NCBI GenBank assembly: GCA_964541895.1
Contig: CAZISM010000001.1
Location: 22,796-86,795 of the forward strand
Length of the DNA: 64,000 nt
DNA from: an uncultured Cytophagia bacterium
Lineage (GTDB): Bacteria; Zhuqueibacterota; Zhuqueibacteria; Residuimicrobiales; Residuimicrobiaceae
Direction of reading: 5' to 3'
Part shown: piece after piece, positions 1-10,510 of the stretch
How positions within the stretch are numbered: the stretch's first letter is position 1
How the letters are laid out: every line of letters begins with the position of its first letter
Program-made: the position numbers and the translations under genes
The notes under the pieces: generated by a model
The model's database searches: none
What the model saw: only the letters and a program-made list of their open reading frames with translations
Told to the model about the DNA's origin: nothing

Positions 1-680
1 AGGCTGGGCTCGATGGTCCATTCGGACCAGACGCCGGCAGCAGGCACCGCTTCTGCATCGCGGGAGTCATACACGGCGCCGAGGCGGATGTAATTGGTAA
101 AGCCGCCCTCTTTGCCGTACGGCGGCGCCTGTTGAAAAAGCGACGGCAAGGGATAAGAGGAGATGCGATTATGGAAAATACCCACTCCGGTAAGCGCCCG
201 CCACTGGCTCTGCCGAATCGGCCGCTGCATGTTCACCATCAACGCGCGCCATTGCTGATGGACCCTATTATACTCTTCGCTGATAAAGCCGGGAGCCTCG
301 GGAGAGGACCATTCCGGTGCATAGCGCGGCTGATTGCCGAGTCCATAATAGTCTTGAGCGGACAGGTTTTTGTATTCGAAACGAACATCGAGCCTGGAAC
401 GGCGGCCCCAGACCTCCGGCAGATCCAGGAACAGATAGAAATCGGTCTTATCCTTGGTCGATTGGGTATAGTTCATCAGAACATGCCAGACATAGGGCTT
501 CCGGCTGGCGTTGCCGAATTGATAGGCGAAAAGTTTGCCGCCGTATTCCATACCCTCTCCATTGGAATAGGCCAGACTGGGTACCGGCAATATGGTAAAA
601 CCGTGCGGAGATTCTTCAGCGGGCGCGGAGGTTGCCAGGCCGCTGCAAAGAGTCACCACCAGCAGCAAACGGATATACAT
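1..680 (-). CDS. Secreted protein of unknown function (partial, runs off the window's left edge); signal peptide MYIRLLLVVTLCSGLATSAPA
   Basis: Manual reverse-strand translation from ATG at 680-678 is stop-free to position 1. N-terminal signal peptide. Not in the ORF track because it runs off the window's left edge. The overlapping + ORF 132..698 has no recognisable features. Confidence 0.5.
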   Translation of the reverse strand, partial: MYIRLLLVVTLCSGLATSAPAEESPHGFTILPVPSLAYSNGEGMEYGGKLFAYQFGNASRKPYVWHVLMNYTQSTKDKTDFYLFLDLPEVWGRRSRLDVRFEYKNLSAQDYYGLGNQPRYAPEWSSPEAPGFISEEYNRVHQQWRALMVNMQRPIRQSQWRALTGVGIFHNRISSYPLPSLFQQAPPYGKEGGFTNYIRLGAVYDSRDAEAVPAAGVWSEWTIEPS

Positions 681-686
681 AAGGGC

Positions 687-1796
687 TCAGGCCTTTAAAA
701 AGATTTTTTGTCTGTAGAGAAAATAGAGGAACAGCCATTTCACGCACAAGGTGGCCGCGATATAAAACGCAGGTCGGAAATCGCCCAGAAGATGGACGAA
801 ACCATGCACAAAAATATCGGTGATGGTGCTGAAGCGAAACAACGCCTGCACGAGATAAATCGTAATGGCGTTCATGCCGATCACCGTAAAGGCGAACGAC
901 CAGCGCTGCACGCCTTTGACATCGATGATCCAGTAAAAGAGGCTGAGCAGGAGCAGGCTCCAGCCGCCGGCAAAGAGGACATAGGAGCTGGTCCAGATCA
1001 GCTTGTTGATGGGGAACACCAGATCCCAGATCAGCGCCAGGCCGAGGCTGGCCAGCCCTGCCAAAACCATGAATACGGTTTTGCGTTCAGGGGTATGGCT
1101 GGAGCGCAGCCAGTGGCCGGTCAGAACGCCCATCAGGCAGGTGGCGATGGCCGGCAAGGTGCTCAAGAGTCCTTCATTGTCGCCAAAGGTAAAGCAGCAA
1201 AAGCGGCCCGGTAAGAATTCCCGGTCCAGGTACGAGGCCAGGTTCGCCTCCGGGGTCAACACGCCGGCGCCATAACCGGGCACGGGAATCAATACCATAG
1301 CCAGCCAGTACAGCACCAGGATGCCGGCAAAGATCCAGCCCTGCGTTTTCGGTTTGCTGTTCATGGCAATGATCGAGGCGGCTCCATAGCTGATGCCGAT
1401 TCGCTGCAGAACGCCGGCCCAGCGCATGCTGCCCCAGGTGAAATGAAGCAATCCGTTAACCAGAAAGCCGAAAAAAACAAGTTTGGCGGTACGAACGAGA
1501 ATATGTTTGTAGAGCGTTTTTTTATCCGACCCGGTCTGAACTCTTTTCGCCATGGCAAAGGGGATGCTGGCGCCGACGATAAAAATAAAGAGTGGAAAGA
1601 TGAGATCATAAAAGGTGAAACCGTGCCACTCGGAATGTTCGAACTGCTGCGCCAGATTCGATGCCCAGGGGGTGTTGATCAGCTTTAGCAAGGCGCTGCA
1701 GAGCGCTTCGCCTCCCATGATCCAGAACATATCAAATCCACGCAACGCATCGATCGAGTGTATGCGTCCGCCAGGTACCGACATCGTGTGGGCCAT
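687..1796 (-). CDS. DUF1624/DUF5009 acyltransferase-family integral membrane protein (HGSNAT-like)
   Basis: 369 aa, multiple TM helices. N-terminal SIDALRGFDMFWIMGG motif is typical of this family. Confidence 0.75.
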   Translation of the reverse strand: MAHTMSVPGGRIHSIDALRGFDMFWIMGGEALCSALLKLINTPWASNLAQQFEHSEWHGFTFYDLIFPLFIFIVGASIPFAMAKRVQTGSDKKTLYKHILVRTAKLVFFGFLVNGLLHFTWGSMRWAGVLQRIGISYGAASIIAMNSKPKTQGWIFAGILVLYWLAMVLIPVPGYGAGVLTPEANLASYLDREFLPGRFCCFTFGDNEGLLSTLPAIATCLMGVLTGHWLRSSHTPERKTVFMVLAGLASLGLALIWDLVFPINKLIWTSSYVLFAGGWSLLLLSLFYWIIDVKGVQRWSFAFTVIGMNAITIYLVQALFRFSTITDIFVHGFVHLLGDFRPAFYIAATLCVKWLFLYFLYRQKIFLKA

Positions 1797-2146
1797 AGCA
1801 GGGCCTCCCGGATTGGGTTAGAGTGTGGATTGCAGTTATATTTGTATGAACAGGATTACTATGACGCGAGGAGTGCGTCAAAGCGGTCTTGTTTGCATTG
1901 CACCTCTGTTTTAATGCAAAATGGGCAAAAAGTGTCAGAGACCGCTTTGGTCCGGAGTATGGCATAATGAGGCGTAATATAGTTACTATTATCCATCCTT
2001 GCAACTCTTGTTTTCGACCGGGCCGGGAATATTGTGGAGATCATCTATAAAAAGCTTGATATTTCATAAAAGTTTATTAACTTTATTGAAAATTTTGGGG
2101 ATAACACCAATTCATTGTTTGGCTGTTTGACAGAGGAGAATGAAAC

Positions 2147-3637
2147 ATGGAAAAAGCTCCGAAACTGCTGTTCTGGGCGTGCTTTATCGCTCTGGTCGCC
2201 ACATCGTTCGGATTTATTATTCGCGCCAATTTGATCGACACCTGGGCCACTCAATTCAATTTGAGTGAAACGCAGAAAGGCGAAATTCTCGGCGTCGGAT
2301 TGTGGCCTTTCGGCATCAGCATTGTGCTGTTCAGCCTCGTGTTGGACAAGATCGGTTATGGCCGGGCCATGGTCTTTGCCTTTGTCTGCCATGTCGTCTC
2401 CGCCATCATCACCATTTTCGCCAATGGTTACTGGGCGTTGTATATCGGACAGCTGATCGTTGCTCTGGGCAACGGAACGGTGGAGGCTGTCATCAATCCT
2501 GTTGTGGCCACCATTTTTAACAAGGACAAAACCAAATGGCTTAATATTCTCCACGCCGGCTGGCCGGGTGGCATGGTTCTGGGTGGCGTGATCATGCTGC
2601 TCATGGGACCTGCCGTGGATTGGCGCTTGAAAGTCGCGCTCATTTTTATTCCGGCCGTTCTCTACGGCATCATGCTGCTTCGCTGCACCTTCCCGGTTCA
2701 GGAAAGAGTCAAGGCCGGCGTCTCCTACAAAGCCATGTTGCAGGAAGCCGGCATACTCGGTGCGGCCATCATTATCATCATGATGACGCGCGAAGTGGGC
2801 CGCGTATTTGATGTGTCGCTGACGGCGCAGATTGTGGTCATTGCCGTATTGACCATTTCGTATGCCGCCTATGTCCGTTCGCTCGGCCGCGCCATGTTTA
2901 TCTTTTTGATGCTGATCATGATCCCGCTGGCCACCTGCGAACTCGGCACCGACAGCTGGATCACCGATCTGGTTAATCCGGTTATGAGCAAAATTGGCAT
3001 TCAGCCGCTCTGGGTGCTGGTGTACACGGCGTTTATTATGATGGTGTTGCGTTTTTCCGCCGGCCCGATTGTGCACCGCTTGTCGCCTCTGGGCATGCTC
3101 GCCTCTTGCTCGTTTATCGCTATTTTAGGCCTGATCTTTTTGTCCAAAGCCGCCGGCATCATGATCTTTGTGGCCGCCACGGTCTATGGTCTTGGTAAAT
3201 CCTTTTTCTGGCCCACCATTCTCGGTGTGGTGGCCGAGCGCTTCCCCAAGGGGGGCGCCATCACCCTGAACACCATATCCGGCGTGGGCATGCTCACGGT
3301 GGGTGTGATCGGTGCCGCTTTCCTGGGCAACATTCAGGACAAACACATCGACACGGTATTGGCGAAAAACAGTCCGTCGGTGCACGCTCAGGTTGTCGGT
3401 GAATCCAAATCCAGCGTCTTCGGCTCCTACCGCGCTTTGGATCAGGAAAAAATAGCCGCCCTGCCGGAACAGGATCGGCAAAGCATCACCGACATCATCA
3501 ACGAGGCTAAAAAAGGCGCCCTCTTCACCGTTGCCATTTTTCCGGCCATCATGCTGGTCTGCTTTATCATCCTGATTATTTATTTCAAATCCAAAGGCGG
3601 TTATACCGTGGTACATCTTGAAGAGGTAAAATCCTGA
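2147..3637 (+). CDS. MFS-type transporter
   Basis: 496 aa, about 12 predicted TM helices, glycine-rich helix packing. Own terminator downstream. Confidence 0.8.
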   Translation: MEKAPKLLFWACFIALVATSFGFIIRANLIDTWATQFNLSETQKGEILGVGLWPFGISIVLFSLVLDKIGYGRAMVFAFVCHVVSAIITIFANGYWALYIGQLIVALGNGTVEAVINPVVATIFNKDKTKWLNILHAGWPGGMVLGGVIMLLMGPAVDWRLKVALIFIPAVLYGIMLLRCTFPVQERVKAGVSYKAMLQEAGILGAAIIIIMMTREVGRVFDVSLTAQIVVIAVLTISYAAYVRSLGRAMFIFLMLIMIPLATCELGTDSWITDLVNPVMSKIGIQPLWVLVYTAFIMMVLRFSAGPIVHRLSPLGMLASCSFIAILGLIFLSKAAGIMIFVAATVYGLGKSFFWPTILGVVAERFPKGGAITLNTISGVGMLTVGVIGAAFLGNIQDKHIDTVLAKNSPSVHAQVVGESKSSVFGSYRALDQEKIAALPEQDRQSITDIINEAKKGALFTVAIFPAIMLVCFIILIIYFKSKGGYTVVHLEEVKS

Positions 3638-3683
3638 ACCGGATCTGCAATCGCAAATTCGATGGATAACTCAGGAGCATGAT

Positions 3684-3728
3684 AGGGCGTGTGCGGTCCG
3701 TTCCCGGCAGCACACGCCCTGCTTTTGG
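3684..3728 (+). terminator. Rho-independent terminator (11-bp perfect stem agggcgtgtgc/gcacacgccct plus T-run)
   Basis: Read directly: stem 3684-3694 pairs with 3710-3720, followed by gcttttgg. Confidence 0.6.
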
Positions 3729-3910
3729 GTGGCGGAAGGCCGGTACTGTGCGGCACGGTCAGGGGGAAGCTGCCTCGTTTTGGCAGAGGAGGCAGGCCTG
3801 CACCGCCGGCAGGGGAGGGGCTTGTTGATTTTTCACCTGACGAGTGATAACGCACCATCTCGGAACTTTGACTCTCCATCACACCCGGTCTCGATGCCAT
3901 AGGAGGTTTC

Positions 3911-5146
3911 ATGGGTACAAAATTCAAACTCGGAATGATGATGTTTCTGCAGTACGCCATTTGGGGAGCCTGGTATCCTGCGCTGTCGGCTTATCTGCAG
4001 CAGCACCTTGGTTTTTCCGGCACTCAAGTTGGAGTTATTTACAGTTTAATGCCTTTGGCGACCATTGTGGCCCCGTTTTTCGGAGGCCAGCTGGCCGACC
4101 GCTATTTTTCAACGCAGAATGTACTGGCGGTCTTGCAGCTGATCGGCGGCGTGTTTCTGCTCGTTACCTCCGGCATTGACGATTACACCTCGATGATCTG
4201 GATGATGCTCATCTATTCCATGTTATACACTCCGACATTGGCATTGACCAATTCGCTGACGTTTCATCATTTGACCGACTCTGAGCGGGAGTTCGGCTGG
4301 GTGCGCGTAGGCGGCACGATCGGCTGGATTGCAGTCGGCCTGGTGCTGTCCGGGTGGAGGGTATGGGCAGCCAAGGATCCGTCGCTGGCGCTGCCAGGTG
4401 ACACTCTTGTCCTGGCCGGTATCATGTCCATCATCATGGGCTTCTTTTCTTTCACGCTCCCGAAAACGCCACCTCAGAAAAAGAGCGGCAGCCCCCTGGC
4501 GTTTTTGGAAGCGCTCAAGATGCTTAAAAATCCCAATACCCTGGTCTTTTTTATATTGACCTTTGTTGTAACCACCGAGCTGATGTTTTACTATGTGCTG
4601 ACCGGCCCCTACCTGATTTCCCCCAAGATCGGCGTATCCAGCGAAATGCTTTCCGGCATCATGGTGATCGCACAGGTGGCGGAGATTTTCGTCATGGCCA
4701 TTCTGCTGCCCTATTATCTGCCCCGGCATGGCATGCGCAAGACTATGACCCTGGGCATCCTGGCCTGGCCGATCCGTTACATTATTTTTGCCATTGGCGC
4801 TCCCAAGTGGCTGGTGATCGCTTCGCTGTCATTGCACGGCTTCTGTTATGTTTTTTTCTTTACAGCGGCGCAGATTTACGTCGATACCATCGCACCCAGG
4901 GATATTCGCGCTTCAGCGCAAAGCCTGTATGCCATCATCAATCTCGGCCTCGGCATGTACGTCGGCAGCCTCTTTGCCGGCTGGGTTCAGAACGTCTTCT
5001 CTGATTTTGATACCGCCGGCCGGTTGATAAGCACAAATTGGACCCAGGTTTTTATCGTGCCGATCGTCCTGACCGTGGTTTGCGCAGCGGTTTTCCTGCT
5101 GACGTTTAAGGAAAAAAAGCAAGAGCCCAACACCACGAATATCTAG
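3911..5146 (+). CDS. Nucleoside:H+ symporter-family MFS transporter (NupG/XapB-like)
   Basis: N-terminal FLQYAIWGAWYPALSAYL resembles the Nuc_H_symport signature (FLQFFxWGxW). 12-TM protein. Confidence 0.7.
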   Translation: MGTKFKLGMMMFLQYAIWGAWYPALSAYLQQHLGFSGTQVGVIYSLMPLATIVAPFFGGQLADRYFSTQNVLAVLQLIGGVFLLVTSGIDDYTSMIWMMLIYSMLYTPTLALTNSLTFHHLTDSEREFGWVRVGGTIGWIAVGLVLSGWRVWAAKDPSLALPGDTLVLAGIMSIIMGFFSFTLPKTPPQKKSGSPLAFLEALKMLKNPNTLVFFILTFVVTTELMFYYVLTGPYLISPKIGVSSEMLSGIMVIAQVAEIFVMAILLPYYLPRHGMRKTMTLGILAWPIRYIIFAIGAPKWLVIASLSLHGFCYVFFFTAAQIYVDTIAPRDIRASAQSLYAIINLGLGMYVGSLFAGWVQNVFSDFDTAGRLISTNWTQVFIVPIVLTVVCAAVFLLTFKEKKQEPNTTNI

Positions 5147-5182
5147 CAGAGTTTCAGCGCGGCGTTCGCCATCATACGGCCG

Positions 5183-6385
5183 GTGGTATTGGTGCAAGAC
5201 GGGGAGGACCTGAACATAAAAACGGAACCATCGAATCTGACCCGGCTGTTGCTGGTCGGCGGCACCATCTTTGGTCTGTACCTGTACTCCATGACTGTCT
5301 TTATGCTTGGTGTGCTGTTGCCGGAACTGACCCTCAGGTTCAGTCTGAGCGCAGCGGAGCAGGGACGGCTGTTTCTGGTTCTGAACGCCGCGATATTTCT
5401 TGCCGTATACCTCGCCGGGCCTGTCATCAATGCGATCGGCCAGCGTCCCGTCGTACTAGTCGGAGCGCTTGCTGCCGGTTTGGCTTTTGCGGCCATTGGG
5501 CAAGTCCGTTCATGGCCCTGGCTCGCTTTTGTGCTGTTTTTTCTTGGCCTGGGAGCCGGGGCCATCAATATCGCCTGCAACACCCTTATCCCTGACCTTT
5601 ATCCACAGCGGCCGGCAGTGGCGTTCAGCCTGGCCAATATTTTTTTCGGTCTGGGCGGCATCACGCTGCCGTTCATGAGTTCGTTGTGGCTGGATCGACT
5701 TGGCCTGGAACGTTTCATGGTCCTGGTCGCCTGTTTCTCTTTGCCGCCTGTTCTCTTTCTGGCCTGGGTTCGCACTCCCTGCGTTCGCAAATCCTTTCGC
5801 TTCGGCTTTGCCCCTTTTGCGGCCGTGTTCCGCCTGCCGCTCTACAGCTTTTTTGCGCTGGTATTTTTCTTTTATGGCGGCCTGGAAGTGACTACCGCCG
5901 GTTGGCTTAAAACATATCTGATCGATCATCGTCATCTGGCTGCTGCGGAAGCGGGCTGGCTGTTGACCGCCTTTTCCTGCACTCTGCTGGTGGGCCGACT
6001 GGCAGGGAGTTATGTTCTGGCGCGGGTGGCGGAGATAAAAGCAGCGCTCTGTGCCGCCGCAGTGACAGGGATTGGTCTGTTGGTATTGACCCATGCGGAT
6101 CAGCTGCTATGGATAAGGTTCAGCATCGCGGTTACCGGGCTGGCGTTGGCTCCCATTTTCCCGGCTGCGCTGGGCCTGGTCAGTAAGCTCTTTAAAAACA
6201 ATAAAGACATGGTAATTGGCACACTGCTGGGTTGGGGCATCTTTGGCGGTGTCGTCACGCCTTACTTGCTGGGGCATCTGGGCGGCGATATGCAGTACAC
6301 CCTGGCGGTTGTCACATGTCTATTTATTGTACAACTGATGCTTAGTTATCGGCTCCAGGCGGCTGATTTAGAATATGCTGAATAA
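5183..6385 (+). CDS. MFS transporter
   Basis: 400 aa polytopic membrane protein, 36 nt downstream of the previous MFS gene; likely co-transcribed. Confidence 0.75.
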   Translation: MVLVQDGEDLNIKTEPSNLTRLLLVGGTIFGLYLYSMTVFMLGVLLPELTLRFSLSAAEQGRLFLVLNAAIFLAVYLAGPVINAIGQRPVVLVGALAAGLAFAAIGQVRSWPWLAFVLFFLGLGAGAINIACNTLIPDLYPQRPAVAFSLANIFFGLGGITLPFMSSLWLDRLGLERFMVLVACFSLPPVLFLAWVRTPCVRKSFRFGFAPFAAVFRLPLYSFFALVFFFYGGLEVTTAGWLKTYLIDHRHLAAAEAGWLLTAFSCTLLVGRLAGSYVLARVAEIKAALCAAAVTGIGLLVLTHADQLLWIRFSIAVTGLALAPIFPAALGLVSKLFKNNKDMVIGTLLGWGIFGGVVTPYLLGHLGGDMQYTLAVVTCLFIVQLMLSYRLQAADLEYAE

Positions 6386-6677
6386 CTCAAAAAAAAACTT
6401 GCATTTTACATTTGCATATACTACATTTAGTCGTATGTTTATCGGTAGTATATGTTCAATTTTGGGCATGTATACCCACTTTTTCAGAATCGCAGCTATA
6501 GAGATTGCAGCGACAGATCTGCGACTCTGCACCCGCCGTTATTTGCATCCATTGTGTTCAGATAGTGCACCTTCGTTTGCCTCCAGTGAACTTTACAATT
6601 CGTATGTACTCTGCGCCGAATGGAGTATGTGTCCAACGAACTTTACATTTTCTGAATTATAGACTGGACCACGACCT

Positions 6678-7793
6678 TTGGCTACGATCGAACAACAATG
6701 GCCCCGTCCGCATACACGGGACATGCGTGAAGAGCTCTATCAGACTCTTTTTGAGCATGCAGGCATTGCGGTGGCGGTGGTGCGTCAGGATGGTCTTTTG
6801 TTGACGGTCAATCGTCAGTTTGAACTGCTGAGCGGATTATCGCGTGCAGAGCTGGAAAATCGAAAGTATCTGTTCGATTTTTTCCGTCTGGATGACCGGC
6901 CTGCTCTTGAATCCTGTTTGCGCCGCAAGTGCGACCATACAGAGGGCGGCGGCTGCTATTCGGAAGGGCAGTGGCAGGCGAGCGAGACCGAGAGCCGTCA
7001 TGTACAGCTGAATATGAGCGCCATTCCACGTACCAACGAATCCATCGTGTCGATCACGGATGTGACGGAGCTTCGCCAGCTGCAATTTCAACTGGCACGG
7101 TCCAAGCAGCTGGCCGAGATCGGCGAGCTGTCAGCGGCCATTGCGCACGAAATCCGCAATCCGTTGGGCGCCATCAACACCTCGGTGGAGGTTCTGCGCA
7201 ACAGCCTGCAGCTCTCCGGCGAAGATCACGATCTGATGAACATTATCCAGGAAGAAACGCGCCGCCTGGACCGGATCGTCAAGGATTTTCTACACTTTGC
7301 CAGACTAAACCGGATGAGAATTGCCGCGGTCGATCTGAATCAACTCATTCGGGAAACGTTGTTTTTATACAAAAACACGCTGCAGGGAGGCATCCGGATC
7401 GAAATTGACCTTTATGCCGAGCTGCCGCTGCTCTACGGCGATGAAGATCACCTGCGCCAGGTGATGATCAATCTCCTCGTCAACAGCGTGGAGGCCATGC
7501 CTCATGACGGGTCGCTGACCATTCGTACTACTGTGCTAAAAGTAGAGTCGTTGAAAAGTTTCATCCAGATCCTGATTCAGGATACCGGATTGGGGATAGA
7601 ACAGAAATATCTGCATAAAATTTTCAAGCCTTTCTTTTCAACCAAGGAAAAGGGTGTTGGGATGGGACTCGCCATCTGCGAGCGAATTATTCATAATCAT
7701 GGCGGAACGATTGATGTCACCAGCGACGTCGGCAAAGGGACAACGTTTGTAATAACGTTGCCGGTCAATCACGCCATCCCCGTGGAGGAGTAG
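6678..7793 (+). CDS. Cytoplasmic PAS sensor histidine kinase (NtrB/PilS-like); TTG start at 6678, alternative ATG at 6723
   Basis: H-box ELSAAIAHEIRNPL, N-box LLVNSVEAM, G-boxes DTGLGI and GVGMGLAICERII. No TM segments. Cys-rich PAS segment. Confidence 0.85.
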   Translation: MATIEQQWPRPHTRDMREELYQTLFEHAGIAVAVVRQDGLLLTVNRQFELLSGLSRAELENRKYLFDFFRLDDRPALESCLRRKCDHTEGGGCYSEGQWQASETESRHVQLNMSAIPRTNESIVSITDVTELRQLQFQLARSKQLAEIGELSAAIAHEIRNPLGAINTSVEVLRNSLQLSGEDHDLMNIIQEETRRLDRIVKDFLHFARLNRMRIAAVDLNQLIRETLFLYKNTLQGGIRIEIDLYAELPLLYGDEDHLRQVMINLLVNSVEAMPHDGSLTIRTTVLKVESLKSFIQILIQDTGLGIEQKYLHKIFKPFFSTKEKGVGMGLAICERIIHNHGGTIDVTSDVGKGTTFVITLPVNHAIPVEE

Positions 7794-7800
7794 GAATCCT

Positions 7801-9129
<1,329 letters not shown>

Positions 9130-9175
9130 CAGCGTTTCGATAAAACAGGGCCGGCCTGCCGCCGGCTGTGATGAC

Positions 9176-9207
9176 AAAGGGCGACTCACCAGGTCGCCCT
9201 TTTTTTG
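9176..9207 (+). terminator. Rho-independent terminator after the NtrC-like gene (gggcgac/gtcgccc stem plus T7)
   Basis: Read directly in sequence. Confidence 0.6.
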
Positions 9208-9351
9208 TGTGCCTGCCGCCTCCTCCTTCCATATACCCTTTTCATTTTGAAATGGGGCCATTTTAAAATGAAATGGTCCAGCCGAATTCCTCCATTTTCT
9301 TTAAATTGCCGTTATTCGTAAGTACTATTATAAACAATGATATGTGCGTAT

Positions 9352-9380
9352 TTGCTCAAAGTGGCATTTTTTGGCATAAT
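9352..9380 (+). promoter_or_regulatory. Sigma-70-like promoter: -35 TTGCTC, 17 bp spacer, -10 CATAAT
   Basis: Hexamers at 9352-9357 and 9375-9380 in an AT-rich intergenic region upstream of the CheY-like gene. Confidence 0.4.
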
Positions 9381-9477
9381 CATTGATAAGACATAGAGTG
9401 GTGATGCGAGGGCGATGGGATGGACAAACACTACTAACTATCTGGTTTCTCCCCCGGCTTTGTGGATTGGGAAGGTC

Positions 9478-9867
9478 ATGTTACGTATCCTTATAGTCGA
9501 TGATAATCGCAACTTTCGCACCTCTTTAACCATCGGTTTACGACGAGAAGGTTTTATGGTGGAATCCAGCGGCAACCCGGTCGAAGCGTATTCTTTGATT
9601 CAGGAGAGATTGTTCGACGCTCTGTTAACCGATTTGCGAATGCCTTACATTAGCGGGTTTGAGTTGGCGAAACTGGCCAGGCGTCAGCAGCCCAATATTG
9701 TAGTCGTTCTGCTTTCGGCGTATGATTTCAAGGATATGCTGGCAGAGCCGTCTGTGGAAAGGGATTTCATGAAATTGTCTAAACCGTTCGATATGCAGGA
9801 GCTGCTGGGCCTGCTATCTGCAAGAAAACAGGCAACAAAAAGGGAACATCATTTAATTCACCAGTAA
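9478..9867 (+). CDS. Single-domain CheY-like response regulator; likely start 9478, ORF track gives 9415
   Basis: MLRILIVDD..LTDLRMP..LSAY..KLSKPF receiver motifs. No output domain. GGAAGG RBS before 9478. Confidence 0.75.
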   Translation: MLRILIVDDNRNFRTSLTIGLRREGFMVESSGNPVEAYSLIQERLFDALLTDLRMPYISGFELAKLARRQQPNIVVVLLSAYDFKDMLAEPSVERDFMKLSKPFDMQELLGLLSARKQATKREHHLIHQ

Positions 9868-9899
9868 GACCCATTAAACCTAACTAAAAGGAGTGAACA

Positions 9900-10313
9900 A
9901 TGGGACAGCAACAACTCTTATTAATCGTTCTGAGCGTCATCATCGTCGGAATCGCGGTGGTAGTCGGTATCAACATGTTTGGCGCTTCGGCCGCTTCTGC
10001 CAACCTGGAAGCCGTGTCGAATGATCTGCTGACCTTGGCTTCGGCCGCCCAGCAGTACTATGTAAAACCATCCTCCATGGGTGGTGGTGGCAATTCCTTT
10101 GCCGGCTTGTCTGCTGATGCGGCTGGCGTTGCCAAGCTGACCCCAAAAGCTTCCAACGACAATGGCACGTACAGTGTCAAGACCGCCGGCGACGCTACCA
10201 GTGTGGTTCTTTCAGGAGTTGGCAAGCATGACGGCGATGGTGATGATACCAACTGCACGGTGGACGTTACAGTGTACAACGATCACATTGCCACCACGAT
10301 CGTGAGCCGTTAA
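9900..10313 (+). CDS. Candidate major pilin-like protein (N-terminal hydrophobic helix, non-canonical leader)
   Basis: 137 aa. AGGAG RBS. N-terminus MGQQQLLLIVLSVIIVGIAVVVG followed by a Gly/Ser-rich secreted domain. Position matches pilS-pilR-pilA synteny. Strong terminator follows. Confidence 0.55.
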   Translation: MGQQQLLLIVLSVIIVGIAVVVGINMFGASAASANLEAVSNDLLTLASAAQQYYVKPSSMGGGGNSFAGLSADAAGVAKLTPKASNDNGTYSVKTAGDATSVVLSGVGKHDGDGDDTNCTVDVTVYNDHIATTIVSR

Positions 10314-10358
10314 GCCCAATACCCGCATACACGACACAAGAACCAGACGGGCTAACAG

Positions 10359-10394
10359 AGACCCCGGCCTTTGTACAAGACCGGGGTCTGTTTT
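10359..10394 (+). terminator. Rho-independent terminator (9-bp perfect stem agaccccgg/ccggggtct plus gtttt)
   Basis: Read directly. Typical attenuator placement after a highly expressed pilin gene. Confidence 0.65.
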
Positions 10395-10510
10395 AAAACG
10401 GCGATGAGAAATAAGGGATGCGGTCGGGCAGGGTGCAAGGAGCACGTGAAGTGGGTTATGCCGGCGGGGGCCGGCGGTGTGGTGGTATTCATTGATGAAA
10501 GAAGCGAATC

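Noticed and set aside
132-698. 188-aa + strand ORF at the window start
   Set aside because: Overlaps a minus-strand frame that encodes a signal-peptide protein and reads stop-free to the window edge. No RBS and no motifs.
2045-3076. 343-aa minus-strand ORF overlapping the first MFS gene
   Set aside because: His/Arg/Gly-rich low-complexity translation typical of antisense frames in GC-rich DNA. The + strand product is a well-formed 12-TM transporter.
7093-7108. TGGCACG-N4-AAGCA sigma-54-like match inside the histidine kinase coding sequence
   Set aside because: Internal to a CDS. The -12 lacks TT. Likely a chance match; not reported as a feature.
9362-9376. TGGCAT-ttttt-TGGCA resembling a sigma-54 promoter upstream of the CheY-like gene
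   Set aside because: GG-to-GC spacing is one nt short and the -12 box reads TTGG, not TTGC. The same bases are better explained as the -10 CATAAT of a sigma-70-like promoter.
9808-9821. Weak GG-N10-GC (tgGGcctgctatcTGCa) in the 3' end of the CheY-like gene, about 70 nt upstream of the pilin start
   Set aside because: The -24 region is GGGCCT rather than TGGCAC. Too degenerate to call without transcription start data.
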